Source: Ramazzottius varieornatus (Eukaryota > Animalia > Tardigrada). Taken from it: 64,000 nucleotides of DNA. Both the position numbers and the translations under genes were made by a program. The DNA lies in assembly GCA_001949185.1 (NCBI GenBank), contig BDGG01000009.1:981624-1045623 (forward strand), given 5' to 3'. Positions 37,946 through 50,300 of this stretch are shown here, piece after piece (the stretch's first letter is position 1; each line of letters starts with the position of its first letter). The notes under the pieces are model-generated. The model made no database searches, was not told where the DNA came from, and saw nothing but the letters and a program-made list of their open reading frames with translations.

Positions 37946-40900
37946 TTAATTACTGTCTTCGGAAATGGAGAGCTCGGATTCTTCATTATCGGAGCTGCTG
38001 TCGCTGAGGCGGTCATCGGCGCCGGCGGAAGTCCCAAGTCCACGACCAATGGCCAGCGTCTTTGAAACACCTTCCTTCGCAGCAGCCGATTTCCTGGTAC
38101 ATAGTTTCTTGCTGATCTTTTCCAGCTCCTTTTGAATTCGTTTCTTCTTTTCAGCTGCTTCGGTACTGGTCCGCAGTGTAACACTGCCCTTCTTGCGACC
38201 CCTTCTATGCAGAATGCCATTCACGTAAGCTTCAAGTTCTCGTAGTGTTGTAGCGTGTAGCGTATCGAAGTCAATCTCAACTTCGTCCGGATTCAAATCG
38301 CTAAACTCGAGTTCCTTCCTGCTAACGTACCGAACTTTTGATACAGTAAACTATGCGACGGCGACAAACACACGTACAAGACCATTTGCTTAAGTATCAA
38401 ATAGTACACTCGAAGCCCATAACACTGGAATCGTGCGCCACTTCAGCCGACAAACTCGACCAGATCATTTCAATTTATTCTGTGGCGCACGCTTTCGGCC
38501 AGTAACACTGAGAACGTGCGCCACTTGAAAAATGATCTGGTCGGATTTGTTTGTCGAGCTTCCATTTACGATAGGAAAATTCGAGCAACCTCTTACGCTT
38601 GAATGATACTGACGACCTTGCAGAGCTTGTCTGCAGGAAGACGGTTGATATCCAAGCTTAAACGACGTTTCTCATCGTACGACATAACCTGCGGCCCATG
38701 CTCGTCGTCGCTATCAAAGTCCGCGACGACCTGGGACTTGGCTTGCGAAGTAGAAGGCTGCTGTTGGTCCTTCGGAACAACGGAAAGTGGATCCGAAACC
38801 ATCGGCGGGCTCCTGCGAACAGAAAACTTCACATCTAGCATCATTTCGCATTGAAAATATTCGGTTTAACTTACTGGGTAGGAGCAACGGCGCTTTCGGG
38901 GGTGACGCTTCTCTCTTTCAAGATGGCAGACGCCTTTGGTTCTTCACTCTGCTCCTCAGTTTCACCTGCTTTAGGTAACAAGACCTCGTTGCGCACTTCG
39001 TTCTGAAAGGCCGACTGAGGAACTGCAGTCTGCGCAACACGGTCATCTGCTGCTGGCTCTTCCTGGGTCTGCTTTGCAGTTCCTTTCGCAGCCTTCTTCG
39101 ACGGCGAGCGGACCCGAGCCGGTTTATCGGGGGAAGCGGAAGTCGAAGGTTTCGCGCGCTTGTCAGCTTTGTCTCCGGCAAGTGCGGTGATTTGCTTTTG
39201 GACCTGTGAGTAATAGGATTTTTCGCGGCTCATCAGATACTGTGTTACACTACACACAAGCAACAAAACAAAAAACCAGGTGGAAACTTGGCCACTTCTG
39301 GTTTAACGTAAACGCTTTGCTATTCAACAGTTTAACGTCACCTGCCTGCATCTTACCGTCATCAGTTCCATCTGTAATTTATTGATCATGTCTTCCTTCT
39401 GCAGATGGTGTTCCTGATCAACAAGCTCATTAGAAACATGTACGTTCTTGTACGATTTTCTTTTACGGCCGGACGACGAACGAGTTGTGGGCACGCCCTT
39501 GCGCACGACCACCGGCGCGCATTCGTAACCCTCTTCAGGAAACCTTGCGAAACGGAACTCGAAGGCCTTCTGCAAGACCAAGAAATGTCCGTTGAGTCAA
39601 TGATAAAAAATTAGAATAGAAGCTCTGTGCACCTGTAACTTCTTCGCTTGCTCGACAACGGGATCCATAGAAGGGTTGAATCGATAACAGTTGCTGAACA
39701 TCAGCCTAAAATCCGCGGCAAACTCCGCAGCATTCAAGTACTGCTTACTATCCAGTTTCTCCTTGATAGTTGACAGATCCATCGGGGACTTGATCACGTC
39801 GTAGTAGTTATCCAGTTTCAGCCCGATCACGTCCACGGGTTTGTAAAAGGGACTGGCATAGTCACTGTCTGCCGGACCTAACAGTTCGTCCAAGAGGCTC
39901 TTGCAGCAAACCAAGGGGTCTGCTTTGATCGCTTTTGCCGAAGACTTGGTCGCTTTGGATAAAGAGGAAGCCCGTTTCTTCTTTGAACTTTTGAGAGTCA
40001 CAGCTTTAGCCCTCTTCCTCGTTCGAGAAGCGGAAGTATCGTCAAGCTTCGAGTCAGTTGAGGAACCGGGTTCGTTCGAAACCGAAGGCTTCCTTTTCTT
40101 GTTGGTGGACTTCCTTGAGGGGCTGGCTTCTGCCATCTTGATAATTGTTTCAGGCTTCGGAGCATTTACTGCAATATGCGAACACGATGAAAGAAGATAC
40201 TCGTCCTTCACAGTTAGATGTTTTTATGAAAGGGCTGCCAACAAACTCGACGAAACTGCTTTCCCATGTGGCGCATGACTTCAGCCAACGGCGCCGTAAA
40301 CATGCGCCACCTGGGAAAACCCGAAAACTCCACAAGATAATCTTCTCAAGTGGCGCACACTTCTCACCGGAAACACAGAAAAAGTGCGCTGCTTGGGGAA
40401 ACGACCTTGTAGAGTGTGTTTGCCCATCGAGCTCCTACGAAACATACCCATTCGGTTCTCGAAATCTTTTTCCATTTTCTGCGCCGCTTGGTAGATCAAG
40501 CTGTTGGGACTGTTGTAGGTGTAGCAGTTGTTGAAGACCAACTTGAAGTCTTCCGCGCTGTCCGCTGCGTTCTTGTACCAGCCTTGCTGAAGGCGTTTGC
40601 GGATGGTCGAAAGGTCCATGGGAGACTTGACGATGCGCGGATAGTCCGGAATGCCCAGAGCGACGGAATCGACCGGACTACGGAAAGGCATGGAATGTGC
40701 TTGCTTAAAGAAGGCCTTGACGATGGTTCGTAGAATGTACTGAAGCTGATTGGTGGTCTTCAGGGCACAGGACGCAGGGCGTGGTAGCATGTCGGTGGCA
40801 GGGAACACTGCGCCTCCGACCACGACAGGCTTCTGAAGACGCGACTGACTGTACCATTCTATCTCTTCGGGCGTGAATGATGGCGCTTCGGGTGAAGGAA

Positions 40901-41051
40901 ACGAGCTGCATGCCTTGTTCGGAGAGTGGGAAGAAACATCGTGGGCGAGTGTGGGAAGTGGAGAAAGGGGTTGCTGGTCTTTGATGCTTTCAGTTGCCTC
41001 TTCTGGAGTTGCTTGAAGTGGCGCAGCAGTGTCTTCCGAGATGCTCTCCAT
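37946..41051 (-). CDS. BET-family protein (two bromodomains + ET domain, short form, ~756 aa). Exons 41051-40448, 40168-39633, 39569-39357, 39203-38875, 38812-38597, 38318-37946
   Basis: BD1 (TNQLQYI...[10 protein letters not shown]...[20 protein letters not shown]...NCYTYN), BD2 ([10 protein letters not shown]...[18 protein letters not shown]...[12 protein letters not shown]) and ET domain ([21 protein letters not shown]...[24 protein letters not shown]). Phases are consistent (2271 nt). Confidence 0.92.
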
Positions 41052-41815
41052 TTTCTGCTTCCTGAAAATAAAAACAAAACATTCAAGGAAGAGGGTCTGG
41101 GGATTGAAACGGAAACTGATGGAAATATTAAAAGGATGAGGATGCTAGATCCACGTTCGAATCTGAGCGTTCGAAATTCGAAACGGTCTTAAGTTTCCAC
41201 GGCTCCGAACTGAGCGGTTCTCCCTCGGTCTCTTAATTCGCTTGCTTCAATCTGCTGATCGAGCACTTTCAAGTAAGCTTGACGATGACGTCAGGATCCA
41301 CCAGGACATAAGACTTACGCCGCTCCGCAAAGCTGTAGATCAATCAAAATTAATGATGTCATCGACTCCTTCATAGCAAGAGGTCAGAATAACTTGCGCA
41401 CTCAAGTTTTTCAGGCTTTCTCTCTTGCTTGTTGTTGTTCCCTGTCCCAGAGGGTTCGAGTTCAATTCTTCATTTCATCCTTGCGAAAAGGGAAAAAGGT
41501 TTTGCACAGAAGGTCCTTCTTTTTTCCAAATTTCTTCCTGCCTTATTTGTTTGTCGTTGTCTTCCTTCTTGCCTGGCTGTAGATGCTGCTTTACGATGGT
41601 TATCCTACATCCTTCGATGCTCAGGTTTGCTGCTTGATTTCTTTGTTTCTCGCCGGTGTTGTCGAAAGGTAACGCCACCGATTACCGCGAGACGGTATTA
41701 ACATCGTCATGGAAATGCTAGTTAAAACTACAATTTGGCGCTTCCGTATGTTCCTGATTGCCTTGTACTAAAAGTGGTTTAAGGGCTTCACATCATAACG
41801 ATCGAAGATTCAACC
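41052..41815. promoter_or_regulatory. Shared (bidirectional) promoter/5'UTR region between the divergent BET and RSPH3 genes
   Basis: The start codons are 765 bp apart, head to head. A BET 5'UTR intron is suggested by a donor at 41318 and an acceptor at ~41064 on the minus strand. Confidence 0.55.
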
Positions 41816-43898
41816 ATGTCTGTACCGGAGCTGACACCGAACCTTGCAACTGGGGAGCGAGCTTCGCTGAAAAGAAACGCTTCCGTGACGGGAGGAACCA
41901 CGCATAAACGGCTCTCGCAGACTATCGGGTTAATAACTGGTTGCTAGAGTTGGTTGCTAGAAATTGTACGAGTTCCCGGAGACCGATTGCATGTGTATTG
42001 TGTGACGAGAAATGCTTTATAGAGGTGTCGGGAATGTCCAATTGAACATCATGGCCGATCCGCGGGTTTGGCGGGGACCTACTCACAACATTTACCAGAA
42101 GCCGGATCGAAATGTGCAAGGAGGACTTCGCCGCAAAGACACAGTGGGCATTCTTTGAGTGCTCCCACACTCAGTCGGCAAACGATATATCGCCCAGATT
42201 GTTTTCGCAAGTGGCACACGCTTCATGATAATTGGCTAATTATCGTGCGCCACTTGGATAACCGATCTGGCTGAGTTTGCCTGGCGCACGCTATCATGGT
42301 TAATGGCTGAAAGCGTGCGCCACTTGGGAAAACAGTCTGGACGAATTGCCTGCCGACATCCAATTATGGCTTCAATTTTCAAGGTAACCGGATCACGGAT
42401 TCCGAAGCCGGAAGAAGCTGAGGCGCGAAGAAGCTCGATGAAGGGAAAAACCGCGAATTCGATAGACCATATCGGAGGTCGCGGCGACCACCAGTGTTCA
42501 ACGAAGACGCTGAATATTGTTTTGGAAGAAATCACGGACCGACCCATACAGACAGGTGAAAAGGCGGGAGATGCCGGTGATCAGTACGAGCCTCTGCCCT
42601 TCGTTGCAGCCACGACTTTTGTTGAGACTGCCACCATGATCTATCACAATGACCTGCTCGATTTCGACCGGGAAGTGGAACCGCTCTTAGAAGTTCTGAT
42701 AGGACAAAGTCTCGAACAGGTATATAGCTCACTTTAAAGTTCTTCGGTCATTTTATGGATGATAATTTGTGAGTAGATCGATGTAGGCCCTGTTGGAAGT
42801 TTCTCAAGAAGAGGACGAACTTCAAAGAAAGGACGAGGTGCGCATGTATCAAGAGTACCGCAACGCACAGTTGGCGGAAGTCCAGCGACTGGATGCACGG
42901 AAGGTTCGCCATGACCAGGAAAAGGTACACCATGGCAATGCCATGTCGGCAAATGAATTCACCCAGATTGTTTGCAACTGGCGTGTGCACTCAGCCAATA
43001 TCAGTGAAAGCGTGCGCCACTTGAGAGAATGATTTGGGTAGAATTGTCTTCCGGCGTCCCAAATGGTGCTGTTTATTTTCTGCACGTACACCGTTTATGT
43101 CTGATCAGAAACGGCGGATCCAAGAGAAGGAACTTGCAGCGATACGGGCGAAGAAGAAGCGCGAACAACAGGAGATGGCGCTGTACGCCAAACAGTACAT
43201 GGCCTCTCTTTTGCCCGAAGTTCATTGTCGAATGAAACGAGAGGGTTACTTTGGTAACCAAGTCCGGCAAGGTTAGTCGGCTCGTTCTGCGGTCGAAAAA
43301 TTGGTTCGCTTTGACCTTCCTCTAATACGTTAATTTCGGCCTTTGGTGTAATGCAGAATTGAGTGTCAATTTTCTTCCGTGGATGGGTGAGAACGTCGGC
43401 AAGGAACTGGACGATTATCAAGCCGTGGACCTCGTGCTGCAAAGTAAGGAGCGCATAAATGACATGATCGACGTACATGCGGTAATAACCTTGGTTCGGT
43501 TAAACTTAGTAATGATCCGGAAGATCCTTCACGAGAACGAGAAGACTCTGGCCAACGACTGGCATGATTTCTTCGATCCACCGATACCACCAACTACCCC
43601 CATAACGCTCCGTCCTTCGCAGTACCACATCAAGGTAATCCCTAGGATTGTTGTCTCGCCACCGCCAGCAAAAGAAACACCAGAAGGAGAAGCGATAGCG
43701 CCCTCGGCGGAAGAACCAGCGCCTCAAGAGGGCGAAGACTCCGACGTCACTGCGACAAACAATTCAGCTCCAACACCGGACCAAGACACGACGGACACAT
43801 CTTCCGAAGACAATCTGCCGTCATTGACCATTCCGCCAAGAGGAATGAACTTGGATGCTTCGAAGTCTCCACTGCAAGCTGGATCGCCAGCACGATAA
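41816..43898 (+). CDS. RSPH3: Radial spoke head protein 3 (RSPH3/RSP3) homolog (~448 aa). Exons 41816-41928, 42023-42143, 42384-42719, 42787-42924, 43109-43271, 43357-43443, 43510-43898
   Basis: RSP3-type motifs NIMADPRVWRGPTH, LEEITDRP, DLLDFDREVEPLLEVLIGQSLEQ|ALLEVSQEEDEL, EVQRL and FLPW. Phases are consistent (1347 nt). The first two donors are weak, so the 5' part of the model is less certain. Confidence 0.85.
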
Positions 43899-44250
43899 AC
43901 ATTCTGTTTAGCTTCCGCGCTATTTTATGTAGGAAACGCTTCCAGAAAATGCTACCGAAGCCAGAACGTAAGAACAGAAAAGAAAGTAAAAAACTAAAGT
44001 TTAGCGTGACAACGGTATACGAATGACCGGCGGATACTCCACTGGTTGAAACATTCTGATTTCAGCTGAATCTTTCAGGTATATTCGACAAACAACAGAA
44101 TGGTAACAGATAACAAAGCACTGATTGAAAGAGCTTTTATGGTATGATTACGGCTAATCTTAGGAAAAGGGATCTTAGGATCTTAGGAAAAGAGTACACT
44201 GCACAGAAGGAACCGCATTACTTCCTGTCTGCCACGCGACTGCGTCTCTT

Positions 44251-45972
44251 CTAGTCTAGGGCCAACAGCCAGCCTGCGGGAACCGATGTGTCGCTAGCTG
44301 CAGGTTTTCGTTCGGCGTTCTGCTTCACAGCGACAGTTTCTTCCACCAAAGTAACACTCTTCCTAGTCTTTGACTTCTCTAATCCGGGCGTTCCTGCCTC
44401 CCCTTTCAGAATGCGGTGAAATCCGCTTGTAATTGCAACAGGCTCGTTCGACAGACTTCCTTCTGCAGAACAAAGCTCTTCGAACCATCCGAATAAATCG
44501 CAGATCCCGGTAAACAAACCCGACAAGATGATGTTCCCAAGTGGCGCAAGTTTTCACGGATATTGGCTGGAAGAGTGCGCCACTTGGACAAGCTATCGGC
44601 GTTTGCCAGGTTTCAGCTTAGTACAACCCACTTTCACAATTCACAATTAAACAGACGGCTTTCATCAGCTGTGACCTACCGGTAGCAACGACACCTCCCG
44701 AAGCCAGGACACCTCCATGAGCGTACATCGAGAACTCACTTCCGTCGCTGACGTGACGATCAATGTAGGCACGAGTTTGATTGTCGTCGCTCCTCATGCA
44801 CTTCATCATGGCTTGCTTTGGATACATGCTGCTGCAATGAGAAGGAAATGCCAAGAAATCCCATTAAAGTACCCTTTGAATCGGAAGGAGGATCTATCAC
44901 GTACGGCATATCTGCCTCATCGTCGATCAAGTCCAAAGGCTTCTGACGACCAGGCTTGAGATTCCCAACTTTGTCCAACATGTTGGTGTTGTGGGTATAT
45001 TTCCTCGGCTTGCCTTTGAAAGTTCTACAAGAGAAAGCCTATGTTACGACAGAATCGAGAAACAATAAATCATTCAAATTACCCAGAAGGCTTTTCATCA
45101 GGATCCACTTCGAACATTCGACAAGTCATCGTGGGTGTATCCGTGTTCTTCAGGCAAGCTAGAAGTGGCGGTTAGAAGGACCAGTAGCGAATGACCTCTA
45201 CTTCCGATACTTTGCAACCAACAGAACATCAGCTGGGACGTCGACAAATGGTTTCACCCAGGACATTATTTCAAGCGGCGCACGTTTTCATTGTTGGCTG
45301 AGAATATGCGCCACATGAAAAACACGTCAGGCTGGATTCATTTGCCGATGTCCGAACTGCTCTTACCGTACGTACCTCGGAATAATCGACTTTTGGACAC
45401 GTGCTCCGCCGAAACACCAGCTCCTCGTTGGTCGGGGTCGATCATACGGTGGTCGGGGCAGCCCGTGACGTGCTCGGAGAAGAATAGGGTTGGCAGAACG
45501 TGGGTGGCGTTGAAGGGACAAGTAGCCACCGTCACGTCGGGATGTTGCTGCAACACAAGAACATGAATGGCGATATTCAAACTGAACGAAGATAACCCTA
45601 TGGGAGTATGGGAGACCGGCAAACGAAACGTACAACGTCGTTCTTTCAAGTGGCGCACATTTCCAGCCAACAACGACAACAACGTGCGCCGCTTGGGATA
45701 ACGATCTGTACGCTGTCGTTCGCCGATCATCTTGTAGAGGGTAAACAGATTCACAGACCGTCTTACAGTCGAAGTGACTTTCCGTAGAGTGTGTTGCTTA
45801 CCTTCTGGCACTTCAGAAGATGACTTTCCATTCGGTAATGGCGAATTTTGTGCTCCATGTCGTACGGGCAAGTCAACAAGTGGTCATCGCCACTCAGCCA
45901 GTAGTTTGACACACTGTAGGCGTTCGCAGCCTCGTCTGTGTAGGCATTCTGGATTCGCATTATCTCCTCCAT
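44251..45972 (-). CDS. GTSF1/Asterix-like protein with two CHHC (U11-48K-like) zinc fingers (~303 aa). Exons 45972-45802, 45547-45367, 45158-45083, 45024-44905, 44831-44680, 44462-44251
   Basis: CPYDMEHKIRHYRMESHLLKC and CPFNATHVLPTLFFSEHVTGCPD are tandem CHHC fingers typical of GTSF1. The downstream exons are joined on phase consistency only (912 nt) and are less certain. Confidence 0.8.
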
Positions 45973-46410
45973 GATGCTGCGTTCTCAGGAGTCCGGACAC
46001 CTGAAAGATCTCCGCACTGGAACGAAAAGTCAAATGCCCAGCCCTTGCCCAGGGGAAATGGTGAGGAAAGGATGTTGATGTCAATTTGGATGAGTGAAAG
46101 ACTCAACAATCTTCAAACCTGAGTTGCGGCCGAACTCCGACCTGGAACGAACAAGACTAGCTAAGCAGCCTACACGCAGCTTCCTGTCAACAGAAGAAAC
46201 TTTATCCAGCGGATGAGGGAAGACAGCTTTCAAAACAAAAGAAAACCACAACTTCAGAACGCAGAAGTCTGAATTCAGGAATCAGAATTCCGACCGCTGA
46301 TATGGAGCGAACGGCTCGCTAACCGTAACGCCAGTGACGGGGCCCCAGTGGTATTAAGACCTACCCTGTTATGGTTTGGGGCGCCAACGGGAACACTTCA
46401 CAGTTTACAC

Positions 46411-47026
46411 CAGACCTGCGGAGCCATTGATTTTTGCCTCGAAGTTCAGCTAAAGCTGAGCTTTCTCCGGACGATCTGAGCTAGAAGCTGAGCTAGGAGC
46501 TGAGCTAAATTTTCCGGACGAGTTTTGAGCAGAGTTGAGCTGAGCTAAACAAATTTTTCTACAGCAGAAAGCTGTATATGAACAGCGGATTCCGCATCCA
46601 TTTATTACTGCCGAGACCAAGGGTTCGTCGGCTAAACAAAACTTCCAGCAGATCAGAATTGATATTACAAAATAAGAGCATCTCAAAATTCTGATCACTA
46701 GTCGAAAGTCGACGATCTCGTAAATTTGCCCTGAAATACTAAATATTCTTTCTATACCGGCCGTAGTAGCCGGTGCAGAGAAGACTTGTTTCACGATACC
46801 ACACAAACGTTTTAACAGATCCTTGGTTTTTTTTCGACGGTAACACTCCAGAGGGTTCTCGGTATCCCAGCTGGAGTCCGGGTACAGCTGGAGTTCTGTT
46901 TCGACGGCGACTGCGGAGATTCTAGAGCTTTCGGAGCGGAATCCGCCCGAAGGGGATGGTTCGTCCATGAAGCTCAGCAAGTTGGGTCGTTTCAGTTTCG
47001 GACCAGAGGTGGCTGCAGAACTCTTT
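46411..47026 (-). pseudogene. hAT transposase 3' relic (C-terminal dimerisation domain) with subterminal GCTGAGCT repeats
   Basis: ETELQLY...NPLECYRRKK..LKRLCGIVKQVFSAPATTAGIERIFSISGQI resembles the hAT dimerisation motif (PA.SA..ER.FS). AGCTGAGCT repeats lie at 46448-46546 and a CAG-start putative end at 46411. The other end was not found. Confidence 0.75.
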
Positions 47027-47390
47027 TCGCGTGAACTCGTCAGGTCAACGCGTCGTATCATCTTTAGGATTATAGAAGGCTCGGCGAAGCTGAAATAAGC
47101 CGTTTTAGCCTTTCTTAGCCGTGGTTAAAAATAGTTTAGCAGCGGCTAAAGCAGCTAAAATACTTTTAGCCACGGCTAGAATGTTTTGTGCGTTCAACTG
47201 ATTTATTGATGCCAAAACTATTTTAGCCGACTCAACATCAATAAATCAATCGAACGCACGATACATTTTAGCCGTGGCTAAAATATTTTTAGCCACGGCT
47301 AAGAACTGCTAAAGCGGCTTATTTTAGCTTCGCCGAGCCTTCTATAATCCTAAAGATGATACGACGCGTTGACCTGACGAGTTCACGCGA
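47027..47390. mobile_element. 364-bp foldback palindrome
   Basis: The outer 65 bp (47027-47091) are perfectly complementary to 47326-47390. The inner arms are imperfect, with TTTAGCCACGGCTAAA sub-palindromes. Confidence 0.85.
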
Positions 47391-50300
47391 TGCTGCATGA
47401 GGATTTGGCTTCCCGGAAGTCTTCGGCATTTCCTTCGGCCATTGTCAAAGCCAAGCAGGATCGCGGAGAGACTTGACTGTTCTAAGAACCCGCCGGCTCT
47501 GAAGTTCTTTATTGAAACTTTTGGTCTTTCTCTCTGCTGCCGTTCTTGTCCTGAATTTGGTGTGTGGTTTTCAGGTCCATCTCGATGTATTGAAATTGCA
47601 CCACAACATCTGTTCTCCGATCGGAGAAGGTACGCGCGGGTCCATGAGGGATTCAAGTACGAGTACAGTAACTTCTCTGCGCAAGACGAGGCAGGGACAA
47701 CTGACTGGGATCGTCATCGATCATCCGGTAAGTGCAAATCGGCTGGAAGCGCGACAGACTCGATCTCTCGCTACGTTGATGGAATTTTTTCGTTTGGTGG
47801 TCAAATTTAAAGTTGTGGGGAACTAATGGATGTGCGCAGCAGGCGTAAGGCAAACAAATGGTGAGCAAATTCCTGAGCCGCAAGTATGTGACAGGACTGT
47901 CACTACCTTTTGATGCGCATCCCATTGGGAAACCTGCTGACTTTAAGTTCCCGCCATGCTGAACTTAAATTGTTGTGGGGAGTCACCCCACCAGGAGATT
48001 CCGATGGCTCGTTCCGCCTAGTCAAACGCAGGAAGCACTTTCGCGAAATCCGTTAAGCTCTTCTTTGAGCCACAAAACTGCAGTAGAGCTAACAAGCAGA
48101 AAAAAAATTAACAACAAAATTGACAGCTTATAATCAGTCTCAGCCAAATCACCTTCCCAAGTGACGCACCAGGTGCGTGATCTAAGGCGGAAGCGTGCGC
48201 CACTTGGACAAACTGATTTTGTCGAGTTACATTGTTTTCTCAAGTGGCGCACGTTGTCTGTGTTATTGACTGGAAGGATAGGCCATCTTGTTGAGTTTGT
48301 TAGCTGAGCTTCCCATTATTTCCAAAAAAAATTAAATAAAATACAGAAGCACTATTAAAATTTAGTTGAGCTTCTGCACAATGGTCAAAGCAAAGTATCC
48401 AGCCCCTTTTCTTTCTGGATGGGACATGCAGCCCAAAGTCGTCTCGTAACATCCCATCTCTTTGTTCGTGAAGACACTGTCGTGAGCTTGGTCGTTTTGT
48501 CTTGATGAACCTTGAACGCCCTTTAGGTCCGAGCAGGTCGTCCATATTGTCTCATCAATCACCTCAGCGATCTGGATAGTGATTTATTTTGTCTGTGGCC
48601 AAGTAATATCGAAATTAATGAAGTTCCAGCAGGCCGAAATGAACTTGGTGAACAATGGGTACTTGGGTAGTCCGTCTACGCTGCCCCGTAAGACCTATAA
48701 TTAGCCAGCCATCATTAACGACGAGGTTGTGCTACCGTTGATCAGCAAAAAGCCCCCACGATTTTCTGGACTGTGAAGCTGCAGGACGTCTTTGTGGGCG
48801 ACTCAGCTGCTGCACCTTTTTCCTACAATGATGGTGCTAACGAGGTACGTGCGACCAAACGTGAAATGCGGTAATCATACGGTCGGACCAATATCGGAAT
48901 TTTCTGTCTGTTTCATGCATATTGCGCAAGAGATTCTTTTCGTCTTCAAAGAACGAAGTCTTTCCAGCACGTTCCAGCTGCATCATAGACAGTATTAACC
49001 AGAAGAGAGAAAACAGCAAAAGTCACAGGGCGTGATCAAGTGGGAGCGTTGTATGTGATCGATTGGTTTTTCGACTGATTTTAATTGTGTTTTTAAGTTT
49101 GTGGTGACAGAAAGCGGGATTGTTGACGGGAAAGGCGTAGTACGACGAAGAGTGATCCCGCATCATTTGGCTGTCCCATCAGCCAAGGTCCTGTAGGGCA
49201 CGTCAGCGCGGTTGTCATTCTAAAAGATGTCAGTGGGAATTATGGAATATGATGGAAGACGTTCGATGACGAGGTCGACCGAGAAACAATTATAGGCAAT
49301 CATGAATCAGTGCACGGTGGCGTGGAAGTGGCCCAGTGCATTTATGCAGGCTAGAATGACAAGTCGAAAATTATGCTTTTGATTGCCATCGAAGCTTCAG
49401 GAAGATGCGTGCGGCAATGCGTCAGCTAACGTGCGATGCGCTAAGTATGCATGTCCCAGCACTATAGTCGCATTTATGATTGATGATAAGAACAGCAGGT
49501 TGCAGTTAATAACATTGTGATAACGATCCAACAGTAGCTGACCATATATCCAACATTAAAAATTGATCGTCGTGTGCGAGGTTATTAAGCCGCGAATTCT
49601 TGCATATCAAGTTGCAACATCGATATATCGATAGACCCTCAGCTGAACTCGTAATGCCGAACAAACAGCTCTCCAAACTTGCCTTTGGGGTCTGCCAAGT
49701 AGAAAAGACTCTTTTTGTTTTTAGGAGAATATTGAGAGCTCGGCAAAAATACTCGGCGAGATGGTTTTCCCATGTAACGCACCCATGTTACTGGAAGGGT
49801 GCGCCACTTGGGACAACAGCCCTACTCCAAAGTCACGCATGCGTCCATCTCATGTAACTGAAAAGCTGCGCCATTTGGGGAAATACTCTCGCTGACAGGT
49901 GGCTCCCTGTTTCAGCTTGTGGAATAGGAAGGTGCGTCACTTGGGAAAGAATTCAATCGAGTTTGTTTGCCGAGATCGTATTCATTTTCCCGATCAAGAG
50001 TCCGCGGAGACGCGTAAGGAACCTTTGTCGGCGTTCCGTCTGTCATGTGAATTTTGTCTGGAAAAACGAAAGAACACCGGGAGGTCGCTAATTTTGACGA
50101 TGCGTAAGGGAGCCTTCAGTGGACGGGGAGCCACTTTGAGGCACCTTTTCGACTGGGCGATCCAGCCAAGTGGCTCGTTCAGCTTTGGCTGGATAGTTGT
50201 CAAGTAGGAAGTGTCCGACTGCGGCCGTTTGATCGATTTGCAACAAGGACATGCTTGTCCAAGCAGGGAGTGTGGTTGAGCTGGCTGCTTGGTGGATCGG

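Noticed and set aside
40169-40447. Family A as an introner (intron-generating element)
   Set aside because: Element ends do not coincide with splice sites (12-60+ nt of unrelated flank), and many copies are intergenic.
48360-48700. Possible second transposase relic (DGLPKYPLFTKFISAC, minus strand)
   Set aside because: Only a short motif resemblance, followed by a stop. It needs a tBLASTn/HMM search before it can be called.
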